A stretch of DNA of 63,971 bases, filler included, from an uncultured Methanoregulaceae archaeon (lineage in GTDB: Archaea; Halobacteriota; Methanomicrobia; Methanomicrobiales; Methanospirillaceae), in the NCBI GenBank assembly GCA_964530035.1. It is 4 parts of 4 records of this genome, joined end to end, with 100 filler letters (N's around TTAATTAATTAA, not from the genome) between each part and the next. Parts side by side here need not be neighbours in the genome. Positions count along the whole stretch, not along the records: positions 19,924 to 39,357 come from CAZGXZ010000027.1; 3 more parts are not named here. One strand, written 5' to 3'. The notes under the pieces are model-generated. The model was not told where the DNA came from, searched no databases, and worked only from the letters and a program-made list of their open reading frames with translations. A program made the position numbers and the translations under genes. Below, in pieces: positions 29,211 to 38,210 of this stretch; position 1 is the stretch's first letter; every line of letters begins with the position of its first letter.

Positions 29211-29427
29211 GGCTGCCGCCCCCCAAACCCCCTGCATACGATAGCCAGGGCAAGCCGTTGTCGATTCCCTCACCAGGGTTGTTTGTGGTATGGCTTGTGG
29301 GGTCTTTTTGTCTTCAGCGGGTTTTTTTTCAGATCGAAATAGGAAGGAAAGGCCGTGAGACCGCCGCCGGGGCGCCCTTCGGGGGCGGCGGTGTATCTTT
29401 CCGGGGGTGTGGGGGCAAAGCCCCCAC
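29211..29427. repeat. GC-rich REP/MITE-like element with inverted hairpin ends
   Basis: Left arm GGCTGCCGCCCCCCAAACCCCC and right arm GGGGGTGTGGGGGCAAAGCCCCC are imperfect inverted copies. Internal IR CCGCCGCC(29361)...GGCGGCGG(29391). 29211-29256 matches 63926-63971 at 44/46 nt. Confidence 0.75.
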
Positions 29428-29833
29428 TGAAGGGTTGATGGGTAGGGGATACCAGGAATATTGATACTCCTGGTAATTCGGCCGGGTCTGGAAACATTCT
29501 GAAAGATTGGAGAAATATCAGGTCTCGTTTTTCCGATCATGCAGGTTACCTGGCAATCATGTCAAGCAAGGAAGAATTATTCGTTAAAATTGAGCCTTTT
29601 TGGCTCTGGGAAATTCCCCTCTTCGGATATTTTTTTTTCACGCAGTTATTAGAGATCTCCCATCAGCTGCAATTCCGATCACAGGATTTCTACAGTGCCT
29701 TGTTTTCTCGTTTTCATTCCAGGGACTGCCCTTTTTCCGACAGCCCTGCCGACAGATACACCCCCTGTCATCAGCAGCCCACAGCAACCGCTTTCACCCC
29801 GGCAGCGCCACAGGTACAGAGTGACCGGATACC

Positions 29834-30514
29834 ATGGACCTGTTGAAAACAGCCTTTGACGCCCTCGCCTCCCGGTTCGACGACCAGCGGAAGTATATCA
29901 TCCCCTCGATGGACGAGTTCTACCAGGCGGCGGCCTGGGCGGCCATCCACGACGGCACAGCGCCTTCCGTCCTCGACATCGGGGCCGGGACCGGGCTCCT
30001 TGCGGCGCTCGTCCTGGAACGCTACCCTGAGGCCTCCGTCACCCTCCTCGACGTGTCCGAGGGGATGCTCGCGGTCGCCAGGCAGAGGTTCGCCGGCAAC
30101 CGGAACGTCACCTACGTCACCGCGGACTACAGCACGTCCGGCCTCCCGGGCACGTACGACATGGTCATATCGGCCCTCTCCATCCACCACCTCCCCCATG
30201 AAGAAAAACGGGCCCTCTACGGAAGGGTCTTTACAGCCCTCAACCCGGGCGGGGTCTTCGTGAACGCCGACCAGGTCCTCGCGGAGAGCCCGTGGCTCGA
30301 GGAGCAGTACCGGCAGTACTGGGACGGCTTCCTTGCAAAAGGGGCCCTTCCCGCTGAGGAACTGAAACTCATCAAAAAACGTCGGGACACCTTCGACCTG
30401 AACTGGCACCTTGACGGACAGCTCTCCTGGCTCAGGGAGTGTGGCTTCTCGGACGTCGATGTCATTTACAAGAACAGGATATTCGTCGTGTTCATGGGAA
30501 GAAAGCCCTCGTAG
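29834..30514 (+). CDS. Class I SAM-dependent methyltransferase
   Basis: VLDIGAGTG, LLDVSEGML, YDMVISALSIHHL, LNPGGVFVNAD. Confidence 0.92.
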   Translation: MDLLKTAFDALASRFDDQRKYIIPSMDEFYQAAAWAAIHDGTAPSVLDIGAGTGLLAALVLERYPEASVTLLDVSEGMLAVARQRFAGNRNVTYVTADYSTSGLPGTYDMVISALSIHHLPHEEKRALYGRVFTALNPGGVFVNADQVLAESPWLEEQYRQYWDGFLAKGALPAEELKLIKKRRDTFDLNWHLDGQLSWLRECGFSDVDVIYKNRIFVVFMGRKPS

Positions 30515-30626
30515 GTCCCCTGTTTTTCTCACGCACCACTCCTTTCCCGCTCCCTGGGGCAGGGACGGGCCCTGGCCGGGCGGTGAAGGGAAGAAGGAAT
30601 GCCAATAACCCCCCTCTTAAAAAGGA

Positions 30627-31760
30627 TCAAAGGGAGAAGCCTGACTTCGAGGCGTACTGCTTCGAGAGCTTCGCGACCATCCCGGCAACCGTCGCCTTAT
30701 CGGTATAGACCAGCGTCGCGGACGGAGCGGTGCCTCCCTCACGGCCTTCCCTGATCGAGCCTCCGAACTCCGTCCCGAAGGTACCCATCGCATACCCCGC
30801 CCCGGATGAAGCGTCCGGTTTCACGTCGAAGTTGTAGTTCAGCTCTGCGGGGGTATCAGCACTTGCCGCGACCATCCGGACCTGTGCGGACGACGACTGG
30901 GCCGCCGAGGTCACCCCCTGGCTCATCGACTTCGCATACACCACGTTGCAGAACGCAGGGTAGACCTCGCTCTCCGACGGTCCGAACGGGCAGGCGACCA
31001 CGTCGGCGGTCGCAGTGGGAGATCCCATGTTGTCGGTCGCGATCATCTCTGCAGTCTGGGCGACGCTCCCGGTGTCCGCGTCGGTTGCATAGGTGAACGT
31101 CTTCGTTGATTCGACGTTGAACAGCCCGGCCGCCTTGTTCCGGGTGTCAGGGTCGAAAGTCTTCGTCTCGGAGATGTAACCCCCGTTTGTCTCGGTCATC
31201 TCGGAGTAGGCGGTGGTCGCACGGACCTCGTTGGGGTCGAGGATGCCGGTGTGGAGTCCGCCGTGGCTTGCGATAACCCTGGTGGGGCCGCCTCCCGTGA
31301 GGAACTCACCCATCTCTTCGAAGGTCGCCGTGCCGCAGGACGAGTCGAGGGCTATGAGGCCGAGGCTGGCCTTCGGGACAGTGAGGCCCGTCAGGAACAC
31401 CATGGTGATGGTCCCGCCCTCCCCGTCATCGAACACCAGGGGGAACGATTCGTCAGAGCCCCCGGCATGTGCAAGGTTCTGGCTGAACTGGGCATAGTCC
31501 TCCCCTGACATCGGGTAAAAGGACTCATCACTGCTGGTGTACACGTAGAGGTCCGACCCACCGCCCGGGGCCGGGTCGAAGCCCGTCGTCCACTGCAGCG
31601 CCTGGGAACCGGAGTACGACCCCGTCGCCTCGATGGCTGATGCCATGGAAAAGACCTGGTTTTCGGCGGTCTGGTTCGGGAGGCGGTCGGCGGCTCCCGC
31701 CATGGTAAGGACGGCGAGTGCCGCGAGGAATACGGTTATCATGAGGGTTTTCCGCGTCAA
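30627..31760 (-). CDS. Secreted homologue of the Methanospirillum major sheath protein (MspA/SH-like)
   Basis: Signal peptide from TTG 31760 (AGGAG RBS): MTRKTLMITVFLAALAVLTMAGAA, then DRLPNQTAENQVF, ETNGG...K.FD...NK..GL.NVE..K.FTY, CPF...YPAFCNVV.AKS, PAELNY...V.PD.SSG.G.A.GT..T.FGGSI.E.R and terminal SGFSL. These match my recollection of the M. hungatei sheath protein. Confidence 0.75.
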   Translation of the reverse strand: MTRKTLMITVFLAALAVLTMAGAADRLPNQTAENQVFSMASAIEATGSYSGSQALQWTTGFDPAPGGGSDLYVYTSSDESFYPMSGEDYAQFSQNLAHAGGSDESFPLVFDDGEGGTITMVFLTGLTVPKASLGLIALDSSCGTATFEEMGEFLTGGGPTRVIASHGGLHTGILDPNEVRATTAYSEMTETNGGYISETKTFDPDTRNKAAGLFNVESTKTFTYATDADTGSVAQTAEMIATDNMGSPTATADVVACPFGPSESEVYPAFCNVVYAKSMSQGVTSAAQSSSAQVRMVAASADTPAELNYNFDVKPDASSGAGYAMGTFGTEFGGSIREGREGGTAPSATLVYTDKATVAGMVAKLSKQYASKSGFSL

Positions 31761-31807
31761 GGTGGGTCTCCTGTAAGGTGGGAAGTACAAGGGACGGTTT
31801 TTATCCC

Positions 31808-31820
31808 GTTTTTATAAAAG
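31808..31820 (-). promoter_or_regulatory. Probable TATA box for the sheath-protein gene
   Basis: Minus strand reads CTTTTATAAAAAC about 50 nt upstream of the start codon, in an otherwise GC-rich region. Confidence 0.5.
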
Positions 31821-31910
31821 CGTGCTGGAATAGAGATGCGTCCTGCCGGATGGCAGGCGGGAACCCTCCGGTCATGGACCGGGTCTGTGGAAAAAAGGGC
31901 GTTTCCGCCC

Positions 31911-33512
31911 TTACCCCATGAACAGGAAGAAGTAGGCGACGACCAGCGGGACGAAGATGACAAACCAGAGCACGCCGTTCCACCTTAAAATCGACCTGCC
32001 GTCCATCGGGGTGAAGGGCATGAGGTGGTAGGTGCCCACGATCAGGTTGAACATGATGCTCATGGACGCCGCGACCTGGTACACCCCGCCGAGGAAGATG
32101 AACGGTACGAAGACCAGGCTCGCGAGCACGCTGATCACCGGCCCGGCCAGCATGATCTTCCCCATCTGCTCCTTCGGGATCGTCGCCGCTGAGGCGATGA
32201 CGTTCTTCGAGGGCTTGGCAAAGACGATCCCGGTGATGAGCCCGGTTAAAAACATCGTGAGTATGCCGATATCCCAGAGTTTCAGCTCCACCTCGTCCTT
32301 GTACTTCTTCGCGATGTACCGGTGGCCGACCTCGTGGATGGTGATCGCGACCCCGGCGCTCACGATGTACATGAGGAACAGTCCCGGGGCCATCCACTCC
32401 TTTTTCGCGACCAGGAACGCAAGGCCGTACGCAACCGCCCCGACGAGCACGACCATGACCTCTGCACGGCTCAGCCCCAGGAACACCGGCTGCCCCGGGG
32501 TCACCGTGGTCTTCCGCAGCTTCGACTCGTTCGTCCCGGCAACGCCGATACCGTAGTTCCCGAGGAAATTACGGCTGTATTCGACGGTCTTGCTCCACCG
32601 TTTCGGGGACCGCTGTTCGAAGAGGGCCCCGAGAGCGCTCAGTGTGACGGTGATGGCAAGAGCGAGCAGCCCTGCTTTCTGTGGTGGTATCATCGTCGTT
32701 GCGGCTGGAAGGGCCTTCCCTACCGCCACCGACCTGAAGCCGGCCAGGACTGACGCGGCCTCGCTGTTCTGCTGTGCCCTCGCGAGCTCTGCGGCATCGG
32801 GTTTTCCCGGCTGGGACAGGGTTGAACCCTGTTCCCTGGCCTCGTTCAGCCGGTTCCCGAGGTTGTCCCCGGGAGGTATCCTGTCACCACCACCGATCTG
32901 CTCCGGCGGGGTGTCGGACGGTATGGGGAGCGTTGCCAATGGCGTGGGAATGGTCATGTTGATGCCAGGGGTGACGTTGGTGACCGGTGTCAGCCTGATA
33001 TCAGGGGTCCGGAACACCCTGTCGAGGTTCGGTGAGTCGCCGTCACCACCCCCACCGTAACCGCCCGGTTCACCTCCGCCGCCGATCCCGCCGGCCGGCA
33101 TGGTTATATTCGGTTTCTCAGGGATGGGTGTCCCGACGAGGACCATGACTTCAGGCTGCGGCGTGGCAACCGGCTTGAACCTGGGACTGGCCTTTGTGTT
33201 CCATTTCCACAGCAGGTTTTCCCCGGAAATCGGCGGGGGAGGAGCGAAGATGCCGGTCTGGTAGGAGTCAGGTGCCGGTTCTATCGTCTTGAGGCCTCCA
33301 TCCCAGGAATAGGAGTCGTCAGTGCCTGCCGGAGCGGCCGGGGCCGGCGCAGGGGGTGGAAGAATGATCATGTCCGGTAACGAATCGGAGGAGGGGTCAA
33401 GGATTATACTACCACCTTCAGCACCGGCACTACTGCTCAATAAAACAGCCATTATTACGACTAATATCACCAGGCAGAGTATTGATTTCGGTTTATCCCA
33501 TCTTCGCTGCAT
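31911..33512 (-). CDS. M50 (site-2 protease-like) metallopeptidase with a long Pro/Gly-rich N-terminal ectodomain, copy 1
   Basis: N-terminal signal or TM segment, about 250 aa of low-complexity sequence, then a multi-TM domain with HEVGH, LAGP and HLMPFTPMDG. Confidence 0.82.
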   Translation of the reverse strand: MQRRWDKPKSILCLVILVVIMAVLLSSSAGAEGGSIILDPSSDSLPDMIILPPPAPAPAAPAGTDDSYSWDGGLKTIEPAPDSYQTGIFAPPPPISGENLLWKWNTKASPRFKPVATPQPEVMVLVGTPIPEKPNITMPAGGIGGGGEPGGYGGGGDGDSPNLDRVFRTPDIRLTPVTNVTPGINMTIPTPLATLPIPSDTPPEQIGGGDRIPPGDNLGNRLNEAREQGSTLSQPGKPDAAELARAQQNSEAASVLAGFRSVAVGKALPAATTMIPPQKAGLLALAITVTLSALGALFEQRSPKRWSKTVEYSRNFLGNYGIGVAGTNESKLRKTTVTPGQPVFLGLSRAEVMVVLVGAVAYGLAFLVAKKEWMAPGLFLMYIVSAGVAITIHEVGHRYIAKKYKDEVELKLWDIGILTMFLTGLITGIVFAKPSKNVIASAATIPKEQMGKIMLAGPVISVLASLVFVPFIFLGGVYQVAASMSIMFNLIVGTYHLMPFTPMDGRSILRWNGVLWFVIFVPLVVAYFFLFMG

Positions 33513-33645
33513 CGTTTACCCTTGGTTAGAGTCGTTCAACCCGGTATTATGAACCTATGCCGTGCAGTAATGTCACCCGTTGACCCGGTGCATTGCACCT
33601 GGACGACCGGGAAAAAAGGAGCTTTCATATCCGACCCCGAGATAC

Positions 33646-36600
33646 ATGACACATATCCGGAGCGACCCTGCCGTGCTTTCCGTCCTGTATGTCGATGATG
33701 AACCCGACCTGCTCGACATCGCCACCATTTTCCTTGAAAGCACCGGCAATTTCACGATAGAGACCAGTACCTCGGTCAGAGAGGCCATGGATAAGCTCCG
33801 TGAGACACAGTACGACGCCATCGTGTCAGACTACCAGATGCCGGAAAAAGACGGCATCGCGTTTCTCAAAGAAATCAGGAGTAATTACGGCCATATCCCG
33901 TTTATCCTCTTCACCGGGAAGGGCCGCGAGGAGGTCGTCATCCAGGCGCTCGAGAACGGGGCTGATTTTTACCTGCAGAAGGGCGGAGAGCCGAGGTCGC
34001 AGTTCGCGGAGCTCCGCAACAAGATAGAGAAGGCGGTGAGTGAAAAACAGGCGCTCGAGGCCAGGCTGGACTCGGAGAGGCGCCTCGCCGATATCATCAA
34101 CTTCCTCCCCGACGCCACCTTCGCCATCGACCGGCAGGGAAAGGTCATCGCCTGGAACCTGGCGATGGAGCAGATGACGGGCGTCCCGGCAGACAGGATC
34201 ATTGGGAAAGGGGAGTACGAGTATGCCCTCCATGTCTACAACGAACGACGCCCGCTCCTCCTCGACTACATCCTGACCGGGACCTCCGGGGCCGATAAGT
34301 ACTACGACAAGATCACGCAGGACGGTAACAGGCTCTTTTCCGAGAAATACACCCCATTCATTCGCGGTGGAAAAGGAGGTTACCTCTGGTTCGTGGCGTC
34401 CCCGCTGTACGACTCCCATGGAACCATAATAGGGGCCATCGAGTCGATCAGGGACATCACCGCCCAGAAAAAGCTCGAGTCCTCCCTCCGGGCGAGCGAG
34501 AGCCGCTACCACAACGTTTTCAACTCGGCGGCTGAGGCGATGATGGTAGTCGACAGGGAATCGGCCAGGGTCCTCGACGCAAATCCCCAGGCATGCCGCC
34601 TCTACGGCTATGAAAGGGAGGAACTCCGGGATAAACGCTGCAGCGACCTTACCGCCGATAACACCCGCATGGTCCCGGAGGGACAGACCGGCATGCAACG
34701 CATCACCGGCCAGGAACACCGGCGAAAGGACGGTACGACCTTTCCGGCTGAGATCTCCTTCAACATCTATCCCCAGAAGAGGCGGACAATCGTCATCTTC
34801 AACATACGCGACATCACGGAGCGGATACGGGCAGACGAGGAGATCAGGTCACGGAACGAGGCGCTGAACGCAGCAAATGCACGCCTTGCCGCAAGCGAGG
34901 AGCGGTACCGGTCGATCTTCCAGAACGCCTCCGACATCACCAGGGTCCTCGACGCCGAGGGGACCATCATGTTCGACTCGGCTTCCACCCAGCGGATCCT
35001 CGGGTACCCCGCAGGGTTCTTCATAGGCAGGAAGGGGTTCGATTTCATCCACCCGGACGACCGGGAAAGAGTGATGAACGACTTCCACGAGGTCTGCGAC
35101 AATACCAACCCGTCGCTCCCGACAGAGTTCCGGATCAGGCGGGCCGATGGAGAGTATGTATGGGTCGAGGCGGTCGGGGTCAACCTGCTCGAGGACCCTG
35201 CCGTGAACGGGATTGTTGTCACGTCGCGGCCGATCACCGAAAGGAAGCGGATCGAGGCCGAGCTCGTCCAGAGGGAGGAACACTACCGGACACTCCTCTC
35301 CGATGCCGCCATAGGCCTCTTCTTCTGGAGCCCTGACGGGACGCTCCTTTTCGTCAATGACCACGGTGCCAGGAGCATGGAGAGCACCCCCGCTGCAATG
35401 CAGGGGAAATCAGTCACAGACCTCTTCGGCCCCAACCTCGGGCAGGTTTTCCTTGAACGGATACAGGATGCGGCAGGCCGGGACACCCCCACTGAGTACG
35501 AGGACTTCCTCACCCTGCCGGCCGGTGAGGCATGGTACCTGTCTTTTCTGAGCCGGCTGAACGATTCGTCCGGTAACCTCCGGGGTGTCCAGGTGCTCTC
35601 TTTGGATATCTCGTTGCGGAAAAAAGCCGGGGAGGAACTTGAAAGAAATCACATGGAGCTCCAGGCTGCCTACGAACAGCTCACGGCGTCGGAGAAGGAA
35701 CTCCACAGGAACTACAAGGCGCTTGCAAAGACCGGCCGGAGCCTGGCCAGGAGCGAGGAGCGGCTCAAGCGCCTCTTCAAACACATGGAGGAGGGCCTGG
35801 CCCTCCATGAGCTGGTATATGGTGAGGACGGCAGGGTCTCCGATTACCGGGTACTGGCCGTCAACCCGGCCTATGAACGATATGTCGGGATTAAGCAGGA
35901 GGAGGCCGCAGGCAGGACGGCTACCGACCTGTACGGGACAAAGGAACCGCCCTACCTTGAGATCTACTCGCAGGTGGCCCTCACGGGAAAACCGGCCTCC
36001 TTTGACACGTACTTCCCGCCGTTGCAGAAGCACTTCAGGATATCTGTTTATTCGCCAAAAAAAGGCCAGTTCGCAACGATCTTCCTCGATATCACAGAGC
36101 TGAAACAAAAGGAGGAGGAACTGGAACGCCAGCACAGCGACCTCGAGCAGCTATACGAAGAACTGGCGGCCAGCGAGGAGGAACTCCGGAGGAACTACGA
36201 AGAACTGCAGAAAACCGGGGATGACCTGTCAAAAAGCCGGAAGCAGTACAGAAACGTCCTTGACACGCTGCAGGACGCCTACTTCAGGACTGACAGGGAG
36301 GGGTTCCTGGAGGAAGTGAACCCTTCGGCGGCACGCATGCTCGGGTATGATTCACCTGACGAGATGATAGGGGTATCTATCCTGACCTTCTACCGCAGCC
36401 CCGAAGAACGCCAGAAACTGCTCGCCTATCTGGACGCCCATAAAAGTGTAACCGATTGGGTGACCAAGGGACTAAGAAAGGATGGGTCTTCGTTCTGGGC
36501 TTCAATGAACGTGCAGAGGCTGTACAACGACAAGGGTGAACATAACGGGACTGAGGGTTACATCAGGGACATCACCGACAGGAAAAACGATGAGGAGGCA

Positions 36601-37281
36601 CTCCGCGAAGCAAACAAGAAGCTCAACATCCTAAGCAGCATCACCCGGCACGATATCATCAACCAGCTGACCCTCCTTCGCGCCTACATCGACCTTGTCG
36701 GCACCGAACAGGCAACGGTCCTGGAACATGACCCGAAGTTCCGGAAACTCGGCGAGATCGCGGAGCGGATCGACACGATAATCAGGTTCACGAAGGAGTA
36801 CCAGGACATCGGCGTCACCTCTCCCGTCTACGTCAACCTCCACCGGACTATAGGGGAGACTTGGAAAGAGCGGCCACATGACGACATTACTCTGGTTAAC
36901 GACATCGATCCCAGGGTGGAGGTCTACGCGGACCCCCTCGTCAGGATGGTCGTCTTCAACCTCCTTGACAATGCGTTCAGGCATGGAGGGCCGTCCCTCT
37001 CCACGATCAGGTTCAGTTCGTCATTGAATGGTGACGCCCTGGTCATACTGTACGAGGATGACGGTGATGGTGTCCCGGTAGGCGAGAAGCAGAAAATTTT
37101 CGAGCAGGGCCATGGAAAGAACTTCGGTTTCGGACTGTTCCTTACACGGGAGATCCTGGCCATATCAGGGATAACGATACAGGAGACCGGTGTGCCTGGC
37201 AAAGGTGCACGGTTCGAGATAACCGTTCCGCAGGGGAAGTACCGGCTGGCCACAGGGAAAAGGACGGGAACGGCCCGTTAA
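33646..37281 (+). CDS. Hybrid sensor histidine kinase (REC, multiple PAS/PAC, HisKA, HATPase)
   Basis: VLYVDDE...SDYQMP...FTGKG receiver; several PAS/PAC units ending DIT/DIS; coiled-coil repeats (LQAAYEQLTASE, LEQLYEELAASEEEL); ITRHDIINQL H-box; NLLDNA, EDDGDG, GFGLFL, GKGARFEI. Confidence 0.95.
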   Translation: MTHIRSDPAVLSVLYVDDEPDLLDIATIFLESTGNFTIETSTSVREAMDKLRETQYDAIVSDYQMPEKDGIAFLKEIRSNYGHIPFILFTGKGREEVVIQALENGADFYLQKGGEPRSQFAELRNKIEKAVSEKQALEARLDSERRLADIINFLPDATFAIDRQGKVIAWNLAMEQMTGVPADRIIGKGEYEYALHVYNERRPLLLDYILTGTSGADKYYDKITQDGNRLFSEKYTPFIRGGKGGYLWFVASPLYDSHGTIIGAIESIRDITAQKKLESSLRASESRYHNVFNSAAEAMMVVDRESARVLDANPQACRLYGYEREELRDKRCSDLTADNTRMVPEGQTGMQRITGQEHRRKDGTTFPAEISFNIYPQKRRTIVIFNIRDITERIRADEEIRSRNEALNAANARLAASEERYRSIFQNASDITRVLDAEGTIMFDSASTQRILGYPAGFFIGRKGFDFIHPDDRERVMNDFHEVCDNTNPSLPTEFRIRRADGEYVWVEAVGVNLLEDPAVNGIVVTSRPITERKRIEAELVQREEHYRTLLSDAAIGLFFWSPDGTLLFVNDHGARSMESTPAAMQGKSVTDLFGPNLGQVFLERIQDAAGRDTPTEYEDFLTLPAGEAWYLSFLSRLNDSSGNLRGVQVLSLDISLRKKAGEELERNHMELQAAYEQLTASEKELHRNYKALAKTGRSLARSEERLKRLFKHMEEGLALHELVYGEDGRVSDYRVLAVNPAYERYVGIKQEEAAGRTATDLYGTKEPPYLEIYSQVALTGKPASFDTYFPPLQKHFRISVYSPKKGQFATIFLDITELKQKEEELERQHSDLEQLYEELAASEEELRRNYEELQKTGDDLSKSRKQYRNVLDTLQDAYFRTDREGFLEEVNPSAARMLGYDSPDEMIGVSILTFYRSPEERQKLLAYLDAHKSVTDWVTKGLRKDGSSFWASMNVQRLYNDKGEHNGTEGYIRDITDRKNDEEALREANKKLNILSSITRHDIINQLTLLRAYIDLVGTEQATVLEHDPKFRKLGEIAERIDTIIRFTKEYQDIGVTSPVYVNLHRTIGETWKERPHDDITLVNDIDPRVEVYADPLVRMVVFNLLDNAFRHGGPSLSTIRFSSSLNGDALVILYEDDGDGVPVGEKQKIFEQGHGKNFGFGLFLTREILAISGITIQETGVPGKGARFEITVPQGKYRLATGKRTGTAR

Positions 37282-37504
37282 GGCATATCGCCCGGAATGT
37301 CACCCGGTTACGGGGACATCCCCTGGAAAACTATTACCTGGTCTGGCAGGAACGGGGGGTCTGGGACGAAGTATACAACGAGGAACTGTTTTCACGACCT
37401 TGACTAAAGTTAAAAGAAGGGGAATATCCCTCCTGTTGGCGGTCCCGCCCCTGGCCTGCATCCGTGTAAAAGAAGGCAGTCTCCGAGGAGGGTTTAACCC
37501 GTGC

Positions 37505-37699
37505 TTATTTGCTTCCCTTTCCAGAGCCCTTGATGAGCCCGTTCTCGATCTCGTACCAGGCACCGGGTATGGTGATGGTGTAGTTGTACAGCTTCTTTTC
37601 CTCGGCCTCGGCGACCTGCTTGAGAAGCGACTCCCTGTCCTCCGGCGAGTGGTCGAAGGTCAGGAAGTGCTTCGTCTCTTCGTCCATTCTTCTGACCAT
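37505..37699 (-). CDS. Small hypothetical protein (64 aa)
   Basis: MVRRMDEETKHFLTFDHSPEDRESLLKQVAEAEEKK...; codon usage like neighbouring genes, with an AT-rich promoter-like stretch upstream. Confidence 0.6.
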   Translation of the reverse strand: MVRRMDEETKHFLTFDHSPEDRESLLKQVAEAEEKKLYNYTITIPGAWYEIENGLIKGSGKGSK

Positions 37700-37789
37700 A
37701 CTATCCAATAAGGAGATGGAATGATTAAAATCTATGGAAGAGGTGGGTATGTGTTTTTCCTGAGCGGAGCGATGGTGCCCTGACCCTCG

Positions 37790-38014
37790 TCAGGCCCGTA
37801 CCACCCATCGCGGCTGGATAGCGTTTTCAGGGCAGAACTCCCTGCACCTGAAGCACCCGACACAGATGTCCGAGTGAATAGGCAGTATCCTTGAATCCCC
37901 GTTTATCCCAAAGACGCCCATTGAGCAAAGGTCCACGCACGTGCCGCAGTTCGTGCAGTACGACGGCTCGATGTAAATCTCGACCTGGATGGTTGTTGGC
38001 GGAGCGCCTAACAC
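37790..38014 (-). CDS. 2x[4Fe-4S] ferredoxin
   Basis: CTNCGTCVDLC and CVGCFRCREFCP. Confidence 0.88.
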   Translation of the reverse strand: MLGAPPTTIQVEIYIEPSYCTNCGTCVDLCSMGVFGINGDSRILPIHSDICVGCFRCREFCPENAIQPRWVVRA

Positions 38015-38210
38015 ACAGTGACCCCCGTCCGGATGGGCTTACCCCACACCCCGGGCCTTTTACCGGGTATTATCCTGTGTAGGTGACCCTCATGATAAAA
38101 TATGTGTCGTGGGGTAGCCGCTGAACCATCCTGCAAGGTTAAGATAGGATTCATGAGCCCGTCAGGGTTACCAGTCAATATCGCCTGGTTCGCCGGGCAG
38201 GCTCCTCTCC

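Noticed and set aside
29440..29830. Short ORFs in the AT-rich stretch after the repeat element
   Set aside because: No coherent protein signal; more likely non-coding or decayed sequence.
35640..36240. Repeated LxxxYEQ/ELxASEEEL segments in the histidine kinase
   Set aside because: Ordinary inter-PAS coiled-coil linkers of Methanomicrobiales kinases, not an array or mobile repeat.
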